A stretch of DNA of 64,000 nucleotides from Callorhinchus milii. Lineage: Eukaryota. The notes under the pieces were generated by a model. That model made no database searches. It saw only the letters and a program-made list of their open reading frames with translations, and was not told the DNA's origin. Shown here piece after piece: positions 1 to 13,198 of this stretch (position 1 is its first letter; each line of letters starts with the position of its first letter). The position numbers and the translations under genes were made by a program. The stretch spans positions 11,408,001-11,472,000 of the forward strand of contig NW_024704745.1 in NCBI RefSeq assembly GCF_018977255.1. The letters run 5' to 3'.

Positions 1-500
1 TTCCTCCTCCATTTTCTCTTGTATACAGGTTCACATTGGCACTGAGAGGAAGGAAACTACTATGATTAATTTATCTACCTTTTTAACCTTTCATATGGTC
101 ACCTCCCGCCTCCCCTCCTTAGCGACCTGCCCTGTCTTCAAGTGCTTTGAATTGGTATTTTAATTGAAAGGCACTATATAAAGATGCAAGCAGTTATTGT
201 TGTATTCTCTGCTGGTCCAAGGAAACCTACTTCGCCCTCTAACCATTCCATCCTCCACCCCTTAATGGCAATTTTTACATGCGAACATTGTTGCATTGAC
301 ACCCTTTTCAGCAAATCATGAATTTTTCAGCTGACAGTCTGAACCTTTTCATTGCATCTGTCTCGGTTAGTTTGAAACCCGGGCCCCAGAGGTAGAAGGT
401 CAGTTTGCTCACGCATTGTTCTATTCGGTCTTCCTATCCCTTTGCAACTGATTCAATTAAGGAGTATCATAGCCCAAGAGAGGAAAATTCAGAAGAAAAG

Positions 501-518
501 TATATATATATATATATA
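501..518. repeat. (TA)n microsatellite
   Basis: tatatatatatatatata. Confidence 0.9.
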
Positions 519-1115
519 AAGTGTTGTAAAAATGATGAGAAACTACACTGTTGGCCTCTATGAGGTGTGCAAAAGGGAGATGGTATGTCTGTCACGCATG
601 AGCTTCAGAATGCAGACTGAGTTCCCCATGGAAATGACTGATATGTTTGAAACAGAAAGAATGAAAGCTATTACAGTATTCCTTTACATTAACAGTCAAC
701 ATGTGTACTTACTGGGTGCACAGAAATCAGTGGAAATCAAACAATGAGCTATAAATCACACAAACTTCGAAATAAAGCTGACTTAAGAATATTTTAAAAC
801 CCTTGTCAAACACAGAATTTCTTCAGTAGAATTTCTTTAGTACCCTTGCTCCCCATACTCAAAATAACCTGAACTATATAATTCTCTAAGAAAGGTCATT
901 TCTACTACTCTTCATTCCATTGTTCAAGTACAGTTTATGATGTGGCTACATTAAACATGAATGGTATGAACAGAATTTAAATTGTAATATTACTGAAATA
1001 GATTGTGTAATTCTGGGAGATGTATTGCATAGATTGTCATAATCTAGGATTGATGTGTGGTGTAAATCTCTATAACCCATCTAATCGATAAAAGTTATGA
1101 TTTGTTTTCTTTCAG

Positions 1116-1292
1116 CCAGCAACACCGACACGCACAACGATAGCAACAACTCCTATCCAGTCGGTTCAGCAGAGCCAGTCAACACCAAAGCGCGTAGATA
1201 CTCCTAATATAGAGGAGCCTAGTGACCTTGAGGAACTTGAACAGTTTGCCAAGACATTTAAACAGCGACGTATCAAACTCGGGTTCACTCAG
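1116..1292 (+). CDS. POU2F1: POU2F1 (Oct-1) internal exon, start of POU-specific domain
   Basis: ttcag|CCA...CAG|gtggg; 177 nt; [59 protein letters not shown], recognisably Oct-1. Confidence 0.97.
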
Positions 1293-1501
1293 GTGGGGAA
1301 GACAAGTTCAGTTTATTTGATAGTAAAGTGTTTTCTTAGAAGGTTTATTTTTCACATGGGGCGTTACAGCAACCTTGCAGTCTCTGAATTCACAAAAGTA
1401 ATGATTGGTAGATTTTAGCATTGATAATCAGAGATGTAAACTACTACTAAAGCACTTGATATTAAAGATCAAATTATTTCTTTCTCCATGTCTCTTGTCA
1501 G

Positions 1502-1643
1502 GGTGATGTAGGACTTGCCATGGGAAAACTCTATGGGAATGACTTCAGCCAAACTACGATCTCTCGTTTTGAAGCCTTGAACCTCAGCTTTAAGAACATG
1601 TGCAAGCTTAAACCATTGCTTGAAAAGTGGTTGAATGATGCAG
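1502..1643 (+). CDS. POU2F1: POU2F1 exon, POU-specific domain C-half
   Basis: tgtcag|GGT...GCA G|gtttg; 142 nt; [47 protein letters not shown]. Confidence 0.97.
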
Positions 1644-1883
1644 GTTTGAATTAGTATTTTCTTCCTTTGCTCAGTTTCTAGGGGTTTAAATATATTGAAG
1701 TTTGTATTCCAGTCGGCATTAATTGTGCGCGTTTCGCCTATAAAACACACAGTCAATGCACTTTACAGCATATCCTGTGAAGTGCTTTGAGACGTCTCAA
1801 AGACATAATAATGCGCTATATCAAATGGAAGGATTATTATTGTTATAATTATACAGGCATAATAAGCTGAATGCTTATATATC

Positions 1884-2235
1884 GGAATCCTGTAGCTTAG
1901 TGGTTAAAGCACTTGCCTCGGAAACTAGAGGACCTGGGTTTGATTCCCGGCAGGATGAAATGTTGGGCAAGTTTCCTTACTCCATGCCTGTTTACCTACC
2001 AGTAAGTAGGAACCCGGTCGTTAGTGGATTGGCAGATTGCTTTTCCGGGGGTATTAAAAAAATAATAATTTGGTCATTCAATCCAGGAATGATTATGGGA
2101 CACTGCTGTGCACAATTGGCTGCTGCGTTTCGCCCCCAAATATACAGTCATTTCACTTTACAGTATATTTTCTGAAGCGCTTTGAGATATCTTGAAGATG
2201 TGATAAGACGCTATGTCAAATGCAAGGATTGTTAT
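1884..2235 (+). mobile_element. tRNA-headed SINE, family A, full length
   Basis: Head ggaatcctgtagcttagtggtt...gggtttgattcc (A and B boxes), body gggcaagtttccttactcc, 3' module gctgtgcacaattggctgctgcgtttcg, tail aaatgcaaggatt(ta). Confidence 0.9.
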
Positions 2236-2357
2236 AATATATTTTGCATTTTTTTAACTATTTACATAGCTAATGTTCTTTTAAGTGAAAAATTGATGCA
2301 TATATCAATAGTTCAAATATATTATTCTTACCTTTTCAAACATTTGTGTTTGCACAG

Positions 2358-2503
2358 AAAATTTGTCAGTAGACTCTGCGCTGTCGAGTCCTAGTTCCCT
2401 GAATTCTCCAGGTCTGGGAATTGAAGGGCTGAGCCGCAGGAGAAAGAAACGCACCAGCATAGAGACCAATGTTCGAGTGGCCTTAGAAAAGAGTTTCCTG
2501 GAG
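2358..2503 (+). CDS. POU2F1: POU2F1 exon, linker plus homeodomain N-part
   Basis: gcacag|AA...GAG|gtcag; 146 nt; (E)[48 protein letters not shown]; phase matches the previous exon. Confidence 0.96.
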
Positions 2504-3591
2504 GTCAGTCACAAGCTATGAAATAGACTGACACAGAATAAAACTGCTTTGGAATAAATATCTGTTTGGGAGATGATATTGTATTAACTTCATGTTTGTA
2601 CAGTTCATTTAAATCAACCGATGCTATTTCTTTTAATCCAGCTATAGCAACGAAAGTCAAAATCAGTTTGTGGTTGTGGTTTTGCCATTTTTTATAGCTT
2701 CCTTTGTTCCCGAAATCAATAATTCTGAATTCTGAGCAAGGCCTGAAATGAGAAATCAGCTGCAAAAATATGATGTTTAAAATCTTGTGGAATATCATTA
2801 ATCCTTTTGTTCCACAGTTATGCATTTAGAATGGTCTTATCCCATTTCTAATATTTTGTCTTGCAAATTTTACTTTATTTTCACAATATGAAGAAAATGG
2901 ACAAGAGGTCGATAAAGGTGAGCTCTAGTCCTGATTCGAAAGACTAAAATAACGCATGAGGCACAGGACATCAGAAGTCTGAATCCAGGCATTTTGGTTT
3001 ATTCTGCTTGTCAACTCAATATTTTGGACCAACCTATATGTTGGGACAGTTCACCTACTTGCACCTCCATTGCACAACTGAATTACTATCTTTTGTTACA
3101 CTTAGTTTAGGCTGTATAGTTTGTTCACCAATCATTCAGACCTTACTTGGAAGCTATAATCCATTCCTCTTGTTTTCAAACATTTCATTATCTTAAATAT
3201 CACAGTCAAGTCCGACCTGTTATATTAGAGGGAGAGAGTCTAAAATTGCCAACCTCGCCTTCTAGCTCTGTTTACAACTGCTGGAATTTATCGAGTTGCC
3301 TCCCTTTCTCCCTCTTTCTCTCCCCCTCCCACCTTCCAAATAAAACAAACAGGCTCCACTCCTTGCAACAACTGACTCCTTTTGAAATGGGGAGAGAAAA
3401 ACCACATGCCACAAGACTCCAGGTACCAACTCATCAAGGCCACATCCAGTTTTAATGTAATTTGGTACTTAATTTGTGCAAAAACACAAATGCACAGTGA
3501 CAAGAAAAAGTTTGACAATCTTTTTTGGGCTGGTAAGTCCTAAGCAAAATGTTATTCAACAGTTGCAAAACAAAATTATTAATTCTTTCAG

Positions 3592-3771
3592 AACCAAAAG
3601 CCTACCTCGGAGGAGATCATGATGATTGCCGACCAGCTGCAGATGGAGAAGGAAGTGATCCGTGTCTGGTTCTGTAATAGACGCCAGAAAGAGAAACGGA
3701 TTAATCCACCCAGCAGCAACAGCAGCTCTACCGCTTCTACCAAACAGATTTTTCACAGCCCCACCACCATG
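3592..3771 (+). CDS. POU2F1: POU2F1 exon, homeodomain helices 2-3
   Basis: tttcag|AAC...ATG|gtagg; 180 nt; [42 protein letters not shown]..., with the POU-class [11 protein letters not shown] signature. Confidence 0.97.
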
Positions 3772-6700
3772 GTAGGAGAACATATATATGTAATCTAGTC
3801 TCAGCCAATTCTTAGCAAATGTACTTATAGCCATTTTTCGCAATTGATTTGCTAAAGTGCTCTCTGCTGTGTCATCTGTACATATCAGCAGAAATTTGAA
3901 CTTTAGCCCTGCAGCAAAAAAAAATTAAATCAAGGTTTTAGGCTGTATTGGTGATGTATAGGTGAAGTGGACAGTTTCACAGTACGTCCAGATCAAAACC
4001 CGCTCACCGGAACGTGGGATATTCATATTGGGTATACTGCACACTAATGTAACCCTGAAAGAATAAAGGGCAACATTTTTTTGTGAAGATTGATGCCAAA
4101 GACTGTTTTCTGTAGTGGTCAAAGCACTTTATACATTGTTGTGAATGGACATTTTCATTATCGTTCTATGCAGAGTGCAGAGTAAATTATGTCGAATTCA
4201 CGCAATTCCTTGAAAGTCTTATTTAGACCCCGCTGGATCACTGGGATCACAATGTTGAATTCTGGTGAACCTACAAAGAACATTCCAGTATTCCTGCAAA
4301 CTTTTCCTTCACAATATTGAAATTTTGAGTAAACTATCTTACTGGTATCTCACAATATGATTTCCAAATGTGCATTCAGCTGAATTTGTTTTGAATTGAA
4401 ATTCCTTTTAGTCATTGAGCCTGCTTCACGTAGTGCAAATTGAAATAAATCTGCAAGTGCTCCCTTGCTGTGTTGTACAAAACCTATCAAGCTACCTCCA
4501 CAATTATTTTCCTTTTTGCATCCCTCATTTTTCATTTTATCCTATAATCTGCAGATATTTGAAACCCAATATTGATATTATCAAAGCACGTCTTGAGTCA
4601 TGAAATTACTTCTTGCTTATCTTGTTTTCTGCAGTTCTTTTCAACTTTGGTTTTTCCTAGACCAGAAGTCTTGGTGTTTCACCAAGTTTCTCACTGATTT
4701 AAAAAAAAACCTTGTCCTCCATAACCAAAGATGCATACATAGTAGCTTTCCATCAGGGCTCAATTTTCACTGGCTGTGTGAGAGGATCTGCCTCGGGCTT
4801 AGTGGTTGTGATCGTTATGAATTGTCACTTCACCGCACGATCAAGTAGTTTAAAAATACAATTTCTTTCTTCAAAGATGCTCCTTGACTTTTGGTAAATG
4901 TATTACTTAAGTAGTGAGCTGAATATCCGGGTTGCTACAGAGTTCCGCTGATTTGTGATAACATCCAGTCTCGTATCTGGAATACTCACAGTTGTGTTTT
5001 GAATATTTGAGCACTGTTATGGTCCACTTTCTCAGCGATACAGCACTGAATTTTGCATTTCCTGTTTGTTTAGTTTACGTGGTTCTCTCCCCCTTCTATT
5101 GAAAGGGCTGCATCCTCCTCCATTGTGACCCCTCTATATGAGTGCACTAACTGTGAGCGAGGAGAGCTACTTTCTGCTTTCCTCTCAACAGTGAGCATTG
5201 CTGAGCTGCTGCTTCTGTTGTTTGCAATAAATTATGGTGCTTTATCAAACAGAGAATTGCTAAAATGTTTGTATGAATGGGTCCGTCATGTTGTCCCTAT
5301 CCTCTGTCCCTTGGTTAATACCTATAAAAAAGTCAATATTATTGTATAATGTATATACTTAATACATGTTTCCCTAATGTAAAAAATAAGGAAGGAAATG
5401 CACATCAATATTATTATTAGATAATGATTTTGATGTTTTAGTGGCCAGAAAAGCAAAACGAGTTATTTCTCTTTTTCACAACATGACTCACCAGAAGGTG
5501 GAAGAAGCACAATTGTATCTCCCACCGTAACACCTTTCATCCTCTTACAATTAAATAAGGATACCAAGTCCTCTGTATATGTTTCTTGAGGTCTTGGAGG
5601 CCACTTAGTGTATGTTTCTGACACCTATTATAAGACTATTTGGACTGCAGTACCAAAATGAGTAAGTAGTATGTGCTTTCATTGCTATCTTTAAATTAAC
5701 CTGCATATAACTATATGCTGGCAATGTACAGCAGCTGCAAGATGTATTGTGTGCATTAAGGTTTATGATACTTTTGATGTATCAATGTAACCAAAATATA
5801 AATGTTCCACTTTTAAAATTGTCATACCACTTTACAAACCAACTGTTTAGAGATAAATTAGCCAATGACACCAGGTCTTGGTATTATTATTGGTGCAACT
5901 ATGCTCTATTTCTGCACATCATTGTGAATGTCTGTACAGCATCATAACATTAATTCAATATTCATTTGATGCTGTTCTAGAACACAGGACTCTATGGCAC
6001 TCTTTAGGCCAAGGAAGTTCCTTTTCACCTCATCTGATCCCTATGGTGACATCAAAGATGAAGAGCTAGAGTCTGATGTGCGTTGAACCGTACTGGCCAC
6101 CAGAAATTGGATTTTGAACTTGGTTTTTCTACTACAGACTTTCTGTCGAAGAAAGGAGAATTGTGGCACCTTGCCCCAGACAGACTGATGATATTGAGAG
6201 ATACAATCTCCTCTGTAGAATTTCCAATTATAGTCATGCCAGACACTTTTCCCAGTGAAGGTTCAATCAGACCCGATGCTATATTCTGGTGTTTCACTGG
6301 ATTTTTCTATTAAAATCGGATATTCAGTTCTTCGTTTGTAGGAGACTACAACAAGACCTGCTACATCAGCAGTAGAACTGAACTATTTCAGTAGTGATAT
6401 TAAAACAATCTGCTAAGCAAGATCCAATAGAGTAAAAAATTAAACTGTAGAATTGGGAACTTAACACACATTCCCAAGTTACACCATCAAAAAGTATCTG
6501 GAGACAACTGGGAGTTATTCCCATATGTTGCTTAAACTAAGATTCTGCTTCATTAACTTAACTTTCACATTGGATCAATTTTTCACAAAGAATATTTGAG
6601 GATTGGTCTGCCTGAACAGCTGGATAAAGATCCCATAACACAAATCCCATGACAATACTCAAAAAGAAAAACATATTTCTTTCATGGTCTTAGCTTAACA

Positions 6701-8659
6701 AACATCTTGAATAATTAGGCATTCACCTCTGGCTCTTTGTTGGAATCTTGCTGATGTAAACGGCTACTATTTTTATCTAGGAAAAAACAAGTCAATGCAC
6801 AGTCAATATGGTAAAGTGATGTACAAATACAAGTTTGTTCTTTGCACAGTGAAGCTGCAGTATCTTTGCACAGTATTAATTTTGTAACCAAGATTTTCTT
6901 TTACAGAACAATATGATTATTATTTAACTGTAGGGCCTTTGGGGTCTTGGTCAAATTTCATGAGTTCTCTATGGACTTAATTGAAAAGAAGATATCAAAG
7001 CTAGATGAGAGTTAATATTTAAAAAAATTTTTAATTTTAGTCGAATACATAATAGATATGTGTGATTTGGTATGCCTGGATTAAATAGCAATCTATTAAA
7101 TAGCAATTTTCAAAATAACTGAGCTTAGTGGTTGCAAACATAATTTTATATTTCAGGGAGTTCCACAAACTCAAGATTAAAGTATTGAAATATTCTGCCT
7201 AGTGTAGGAAAGATAGAAACTAACAACCATTCAGGCACTAAATAAAATTTAAAATCTTTTACTTTTAGAAAACTTTCCTGTTTACTTGAAGTTGGCCTTA
7301 ATGGTTTAGTTGGATTTTTAAAAAATCTTTTTTTTCCATATTAATGACAAATATTGAACTAGCTCAGCTGCTCAGCTCCCAGTGTCCAAACCAAAGAATC
7401 ATCACTCCAAACCAGTGACTGCCCTGTCCTGATATTACAACCTCGGTCACAATGCCTATGGAGTCTGTGAAAAACATATAGCTCATTGATGTAAATGGCA
7501 TAGCGAATCAGGTTAATTTCGTCCCTCATATAGTTGTGATCAGGTAAATTCACAATTCAGACAAATTAGGTTAAACGTTTTGTTCTTTTTTGTAAGAAGT
7601 GTGAATTCAGTGGATCACTCAGAATGAGTTGTGAATTAATCTGCTACTGCCTACATGATGTATTGGATCAAAGGAAAGTATAACGTAAACAAAATTCTGT
7701 GGAGAAAATAACTTAAAACGATCTCTCTCTTCACCAGTATGTTCCTGCAATGACTTGGAAAAGAGGGGAAAGATTCCAAGAATGTCCATTAGGTTTGCCT
7801 GATTTGAATGTCTTCAATGAAAGCAAATCTAACCCAAAAAAGCTGTGTTTCATGGTGTGCAAACAGAATTTTAAAGATCTTTCTGCAGTGTTTTTTATGG
7901 CACTTATCTATATTTTACCTACAGCAAATCAAGAACAGCATGTGGTCTCTTGTGTCATATTTCTACAGCTTTAAAGTGTTACTTTAAATGAGAGTCCTGG
8001 GAAAGCAAACTGAAAATATGAAACAGTTATGTTAATGGGGATTATTGGACCTGTGCACATTATATTTTGAAAAATGTATTGCAGCATAAGCTGCTTATCA
8101 AGTTTTTGCGGCTGTAACTAACTATGAGATCATTATACAATTAGGATGTCAAAATACGGTAAATTGCCAAACCAATACCAAAATCACAGTTTGTCAGAGC
8201 TCAATATCAGAGGCATGAAGGTAGTTATAGTAATAGTAAAACCTACGTGAATTTTTAAAAAACACAGATTCCGTCCTTAGGTAATTGAGCTACGAAGCAG
8301 GACTATCTAACGTTACTTATCTTTTCAATTTTATTTAAGATATCTATATTCTATGTTTTGCACATTCATTCAGTGATGTTTGGTGATATCATTTGTATTC
8401 TTTGAATTAAATTTTTACTTAACTGCATGTTTTGTATGAGGTTGTGTAATTCAAAAATGATAAAACTGGCAACTTAAATAATGCATAACAATTTCAGCAC
8501 TCAGCACTACTGGATGTTTTGCCTGATTAGCTGATTTCAATAAAAAGTTATTTTTATTACCCATAAAAATACTACCCATCTGGAATCAACACAGCCTGGG
8601 TTATATAATAAACCATGCATTTCATATAGGGCCTCATCATGTCACATCTCAAAGTATTT

Positions 8660-8965
8660 CACAGTTTTTATTGTAAAATATGATGACTATTTATAGGCGA
8701 ACGCTGCAATCAATTTGCACATAGACATGTCCCACAAACCACTACAATGTGTGAATGACCAATTTTAACTGGAGAATTGTAGGCCAGGACACCTGGTGAA
8801 ACTCCCTTCTACTTTTGAAGTGTCGTGGGATCTTTAATATCCATCTGAATAGGCGGATAGGACTTTGGTTTAATAGCCCGTGCAAAGGATAGCAGCTCAG
8901 ACAATGCAACACTCTCCTGACTTGAATCAATAACCTTTTGACCCAGAGATAGGTTATCAGCTCAT
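8660..8965 (-). mobile_element. Degenerate Deu-domain SINE (family B)
   Basis: gccaggacacctggtgaaactccc, gggatctttaatatcc, cagacaatgcaacactc, ccttttgacccagag, all reverse complements of family B. Confidence 0.65.
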
Positions 8966-9644
8966 GCTTTATGATTTCCACCACGCATAGGGAACAGATC
9001 CCTCCCAGATAGACGTGAGCTCCTCCTGGAATATGTCATAAAACCCTCTTTGTCACAACAATAATTTGTAAGCACTATGAAGTCATGCCACACAGTATGA
9101 GAAATCTACACTTAACGTAAAGAATGATGACAACACATGCAGCAGAACATGGAATAATTATTGCTGTTTCATTGCATCAAGCTAAACATATCCACCAATA
9201 CAATTAGCAGTCCACATGCAATGATACATGCCTAAACTATAGGCCATACAGATGCTGCAAACTCTCCCAACACCAGTGATCCCCATACCTCCACACTTTA
9301 TGAAGAAGCTGGATTGGTAGTTAGTGTAAAATGATTTGATGCCTATAATAATAATCCTTGCATTTGATATAGCGCCTTATCATGTCTTCGAGACATCTCA
9401 AAGTGCTTCACAGAATAAAATGTGGGCTGAAGAGACCATTATCAAGACCAGCCTTGAAAGGAGCTGCAAAAGGGGTGACAAGAGTTCGCTAAAGAAGCAT
9501 TCTTGTGCAATCTAAACTTCTGAGCAATGCCTTGGTAGAATAGGCTATAGCCATTACCAAGACTGCCACTTTGGAAATAAATATGTATCATTAAATATGA
9601 AAAGATAATAGAATCCATCATCATGTCTCAACAGCTACCAGTTT

Positions 9645-9885
9645 TGCTGGATGTTAAAGATCCCATGACATTATCGAAAAGAAAAAGACGTTTCTCCAGA
9701 TTCCTGATTAACAATCCTTTAGATAGATTGGTCAGTCACTTCATGACTGTTCGAGGGACCCCCTTTGCAGAAATGGCTACTGAGTTTGGCTATAATTAGA
9801 CAGTCACTACATTTGATTGCAGTTACTAATGACACGTTTTTAGATGTTTCTGCAATATAGATTCTATATGAAGGCAATAATTATT
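9645..9885 (+). mobile_element. Deu-domain SINE (family B) 3' portion
   Basis: gatgttaaagatcccatgacattatcgaaaag...cagtcactacatt. Confidence 0.65.
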
Positions 9886-10160
9886 ATTTGTTGTTCTACG
9901 TAGAACTAAAGTCTCAAGTATTCATTAGTATTTGTGCATAATTTGAAATATAACCTTGGGCATACCTCTCACCAAACAGCAGATGGAGTTCACCACAAAG
10001 TTTTGTTGACTACACATTAATGCTTAAATTGGTGTGGCTTTCCTAGTTAAAGTATATTGTTTAATCATTTGTTTGCCATAATGAGAAAATGAGTTGGACT
10101 AGTACAGTTTGAGGATTCTAGATTTCTCCCAGTGAGTAGATGATAACATGGGTGGAGGTT

Positions 10161-10525
10161 AATAATAACAATAATCCTTGCTTTTGATATAGCGCCTTAT
10201 CACGTCTTCGAGGCATCTCAAAGCGCTTCACAAAATGTACTGGTCAGTGAATTGACTATATTTTGGCGAAATGCGGCAGCTAATTGCGCACAACAATGTC
10301 TCACAAACAGTCGTGGATTGAAGTTACCTATTTATTTTATTTAAGGAATTATTACCCCTGGAAAAGTGATCTGCCAATCGACTAACAACCGGGTTCTTAC
10401 TTACTGCTAGGTAAACAAAGGCGTGTGGAGTAAGGAAACTTGCCCGACATTTCGCGTTGCTGGGAATTGAACCCAGGTCTCTCGCTTGCAAGGCGAGTAC
10501 TCTAACTACTGAGCTACAGGAATCC
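10161..10525 (-). mobile_element. SINE family A, full length
   Basis: Reverse complement of the 1884-2235 family; anticodon-like arm CTCGC-CTTGCAA-GCGAG at 10481-10497 (TGC, tRNA-Ala-like). Confidence 0.92.
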
Positions 10526-10664
10526 TTGTGAGCATTAAGAGAATAAAATATAAAGGAACCAGTACCCAAATTAGCATTAATCAAATGGGAAAAGCCAGAA
10601 ACATTGTGATCGTGAGGGCAAGTTTGTGAGAAGGATCACCACAAGAGGTGATAACTCTATTCAA

Positions 10665-11030
10665 CAACAAGTTAAATTTGCATAGCACCTTTCAAGTCAG
10701 GAGGACGTCCCAAGGCGCTGCACAGTCAAGGATTTGCACCTGAGCTGCGGGTTGGGATCGGGAGAGATGTTGGGCAGGGAAGGTGGGGGTAGAAGGGTGA
10801 CCGAAGGCAGTCGAAGATGAGGGTCTTGAAGCAGGCCTTGAAGGAGGCAAGGGAGGGGTTGAGGAGAATGGAGAGTGGAGTTTCAAAGGGAGAGGGCAAA
10901 AAGGCTGAAGGCCCGACCGCCGATGGTGGGGTGGGCAGGGCGGGGACAAGGAGCAGGCCGGAGCCTGCTGAATGGAGGGAGCGGACAGGGCGGTATGGAG
11001 CTAGCAGATCACAGAGGTAGGGAGGATTAA
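10665..11030 (-). mobile_element. L2-clade LINE 3' fragment
   Basis: ORF 10726-11067(-) has LCDLLAPYRPVRSLHSAGSGLLLVP...AVGPSAF...FKACFKTLIF, the L2 ORF2 C-terminal pattern; (TTG)n tail. Confidence 0.85.
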
Positions 11031-11841
11031 ATTGAAATATTTTAAACACTTGTGCGTATCCCATCATCCTCCTTTCCTCCTGTTCTCTCTTAATTTTAAT
11101 TTTGTTTATTATTACACTTTACCTATTACGACCTTTTTAACCATAAAAAATGTGTTCTTATAGTTTTGCCTACGAACAGTATATTTTTTATAAACCATCT
11201 TTACAGCCCAATTTCAGCCAATAATGCTAGCCACCTAGAATTGACATTATCACATTGTTGTATGTCAGGAATTGAGAGGCACAAACCAGTAAATTTGTCC
11301 TCAAATGTTTCTTTTAAATAAGCACACAATATATTCCAGTACATCTACCATCATAAAACAGTGTTGTAAGCTTCAATAAAAAGTACACTGGAAAGCGCTG
11401 GCTTACTTAGTTTGATTATGTGGAAATAAAACTGATTATTATTTTTGTTTTCAAGGACTTGTATCTTCTGATCTGGTAATTGACCACTTGCAGCAACTGA
11501 GTAAGAATTGTGCCTATGAAATACAAACCTTCTGGATCAGGGTGTTTTTGTTTAATCAAGAATTGTTCATTTAGAATGTCCTGCATTCCTAGACCAGATT
11601 GCTTTTATCCATGACTTAACTGGTACATACAATGTTGAGCAAAATCCAGGAACTTCAGTTCCTTCCTCTCACCAGCCCCCCAAATCTGTCGTGGCTTTGA
11701 GATTAAACTCTTTTTTAAAAATGATCATGGGTTAAGGCAGCGTGTAATTGCATTATTTCATGTCCTACAGATTAATACTGTGAATTGTGTGTTGTTAAAT
11801 GGCTGGATTTTGTATCTTGATTTTCGACCTGTTTTTAATAG

Positions 11842-11950
11842 GTGGCCAGCACTAGTAACCTCGTGTCAAGTAGTACACCAACTACTCTGGCTGTAAATGC
11901 ATTGCAGATGCCTGTATCCAGTGCTGGTGTGACCAGCTTCAGCATTTCAG
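11842..11950 (+). CDS. POU2F1: POU2F1 exon, C-terminal Ser/Thr-rich region
   Basis: taatag|GTG...TCA G|gtaca; 109 nt; VASTSNLVSSSTPTTLAVNALQMPVSSAGVTSFSIS(G); keeps frame. Confidence 0.88.
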
Positions 11951-12366
11951 GTACACTGTTGGATGCTTAAAATACTATAGATGACAGCTAAGGAACTGTG
12001 TGATGTTGTTTGAACAAAGGTTCTTATGTTGATGCTTAATTGATTGACAATTCTGTTTTAATGCATTTTAGAATGAAGTGAAATGATAGCAACAATTATG
12101 TTTTTGTTCAATACATTTTACATAATCTGACATAATTTACCTTTAATTTATTTCTATGTGAAATCTACTCTGATTTTAAAATGGATAAGGAGAAAAGATA
12201 TCGCACTGTTATTTCTTGAAAGAAACAATCAGAATCAAGCAATTGTTTTCTTTTCCTTTATCTTGAGTCAATTCTTCTGTATATCTTATATTGTAAGAAA
12301 AAATATTTAAAAAAAAATCAAATTGAACTTCACATTGAGATTCTCAACATGTCATTGATCTTTCAG

Positions 12367-12745
12367 GTACAACTGCATCAGGGACGGCCCCAACAAATGT
12401 AGCCTCTGTAATCACCGGCCTAGCTTCGTCAGTTTCCACATCGGCAGTGACTTCTCCGTCCCTGACCCCTTCGCCATCAGCATCCATCTCAGTGACGGAG
12501 GCTTCCAGCACCAATGATACACATACCACGCAGACAACCTCAGCTGGCTTTATAACCCCTCTGGGCGCGGGCCAAATCATGGTATCAGCCCCCGGACTGC
12601 ACACAGCTGCCACTGCGCTACAAGGAATAGCCACGCAGATACCCACTAATGCTGGGCTTGCCACCAATCCAGGCCTAGCCGCCATGGCTGCTGCTGCAGG
12701 TCTAGCCAATCCTGGCCTCATGGCAGCCCCTCAGTTTGCAGCTGG
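12367..12745 (+). CDS. POU2F1: POU2F1 exon, C-terminal region
   Basis: tttcag|GT...GG|gtaag; 379 nt; contains [22 protein letters not shown]...[24 protein letters not shown], Oct-1-like. Confidence 0.93.
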
Positions 12746-13198
12746 GTAAGTGTTATTGCAATTCATCACTGAGGTGGATTGTGATTTTGATGTATATTTT
12801 GCTTTTTAAAGCATAGAATCTACTGCAAACCATTAAGTGCAGGTTTATCCTAAAACTTTGTCTCTAAGGGTTGGCTCCAAAGATCTAAGTAATACAAATG
12901 CTGCAGTACTTTCTGTTTTATGTAGTCTCCTGCGGTACTGCCAATAGCTTCATCTTTAGAGAAAACTAACCATAAATAAAAGCTTTGGTGTGCACTTCTC
13001 CCACATGGCTCCCTTATTCTCATATTGAAGGGGCATTGGTTTGTTCTTTGAAACAAGCATATAGAGAGACACAGAAGAGAGGGAGACACAGACATACTCA
13101 CACAGACACTCACAAATGCATATAGAGAGACATATACAATCATACACTCTCATATGCCGCTTGCGCCACACATGCACGTCCGAAGTCGCCCCGTACTC

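Noticed and set aside
1469-1756. 95-aa minus ORF
   Set aside because: Antisense shadow of the POU-specific exon 1502-1643
10481-10525. tRNA-Ala(TGC) gene
   Set aside because: Acceptor stem and 3' end are absent, and the sequence continues into a SINE body repeated many times; it is a SINE head
12344-12721. 125-aa minus-strand ORF
   Set aside because: Antisense shadow of the Ser/Thr/Ala-rich POU2F1 exon 12367-12745; no independent evidence
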